Source: an uncultured Candidatus Saccharibacteria bacterium (lineage in GTDB: Bacteria > Patescibacteriota > Minisyncoccia > UBA6257 > 1-14-0-10-40-38). From it: a stretch of DNA of 51,148 bases. The stretch is from the NCBI GenBank assembly GCA_964367145.1, contig CAYIWJ010000004.1, positions 1-51,148 of the forward strand. Reading direction: 5' to 3'. The notes under the pieces were generated by a model. It was given only the letters and a program-made list of their open reading frames with translations. It was not told the DNA's origin and did no database searches. The translations under genes were made by a program, and so were the position numbers. This document shows, one piece after another, positions 50,833-51,148 of this stretch (positions are counted from its first letter, which is position 1; every line of letters starts with the position of its first letter).

Positions 50833-50922
50833 TGGCGGAGGAGGTGAGATTCGAACTCACGAGACCCTTTCAGGTCTACCGCATTTCAAGTGCGGCGCGT
50901 TAGACCACTCTGCCACTCCTCC
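50833..50922 (-). tRNA. tRNA-Ser(TGA)
   Basis: GGAGGAG acceptor; CCGCA-CT TGA AA-TGCGG; long variable arm; encoded CCA. Confidence 0.96.
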
Positions 50923-50938
50923 AACTAAAATTTAATCA

Positions 50939-51013
50939 ACCGCATTTTCCGCCGGAGGCGGATCCTCCTTCGGAGGACAAGTGCGGCGCGTTAGACCACT
51001 CTGCCACTCCTCC
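50939..51013 (-). pseudogene. Duplicated 5' half of tRNA-Ser interrupted by a 30-bp REP-like palindrome
   Basis: Exact copy of 50878-50922 with TCCGCCGGAGGCGGATCCTCCTTCGGAGGA (50948-50977) inserted in the anticodon loop. Confidence 0.85.
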
Positions 51014-51148
51014 AAAAAACCCTTACTCAAGCTACTTTCAAAACCACCAAACGTCAAACAGAAAATCAGCGCAAACCAAAGTCCTTATCACTTCACTCAT
51101 CTTCTCTGCTCATTTTCGCCATGCCCTCACTCACATTTTTCTCCAACA

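Larger units (their letters stand above)
49222..50838. mobile_element. tRNA-Ser-anchored tandem cassette array (two units of ~800 bp)
   Basis: TGGCGG cores at 49222, 50024 and 50833 (tRNA 3' end); each of the first two is followed by a homologous start-less frame and low-GC cargo. Confidence 0.65.

Noticed and set aside
50771-50860. N-terminal extension of the C39-like ORF
   Set aside because: It overlaps tRNA-Ser; the peptidase motif begins right after ATG 50770.

Overview
Chromosomal segment of a small-genome bacterium, most consistent with Patescibacteria/Parcubacteria (CPR), using genetic code 11. This placement is inferred from the monoderm type IV pilus cluster, the absence of rplA after rplK, Shine-Dalgarno (SD)-poor core genes and REP-like palindromes. 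The window is mostly housekeeping: rplJ/L, trmD, khpA, rpsP, smc, rnc, nusB, rpmF, dnaE, thrS, gatCAB, rplK, nusG, secE, gyrB, PheRS, murD, ligA and thyX. It also holds a complete pilMNO-pilB-pilT-pilC-pilin-pilD-minor pilin cluster with a divergent comF, five tRNAs (Val-CAC, Met/Ile2-CAT, fMet, Asp-GTC, Ser-TGA) and scattered orphan genes. The most unusual signals lie outside the ORF track. (1) At the tRNA-Ser 3' end there is a tandem array of two ~800-bp cargo cassettes. Each starts at a TGGCGG tRNA-end core followed by a start-less 47-codon frame; the two frames are 45% identical without gaps. (2) One ~65-bp core sits beside two different tRNAs, with tRNA-specific flanks. (3) Two families of ~125-140 nt covarying structured repeats occur in 3 and 2 copies. 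(4) A ~400-nt rplJ leader holds two rod-like RNAs plus an L10 leader/attenuator. Other oddities are a hinge-less SMC, a monomeric mitochondrial-type PheRS, an atypical initiator tRNA and pervasive leaderless gene starts. All calls are by eye; no searches were run.
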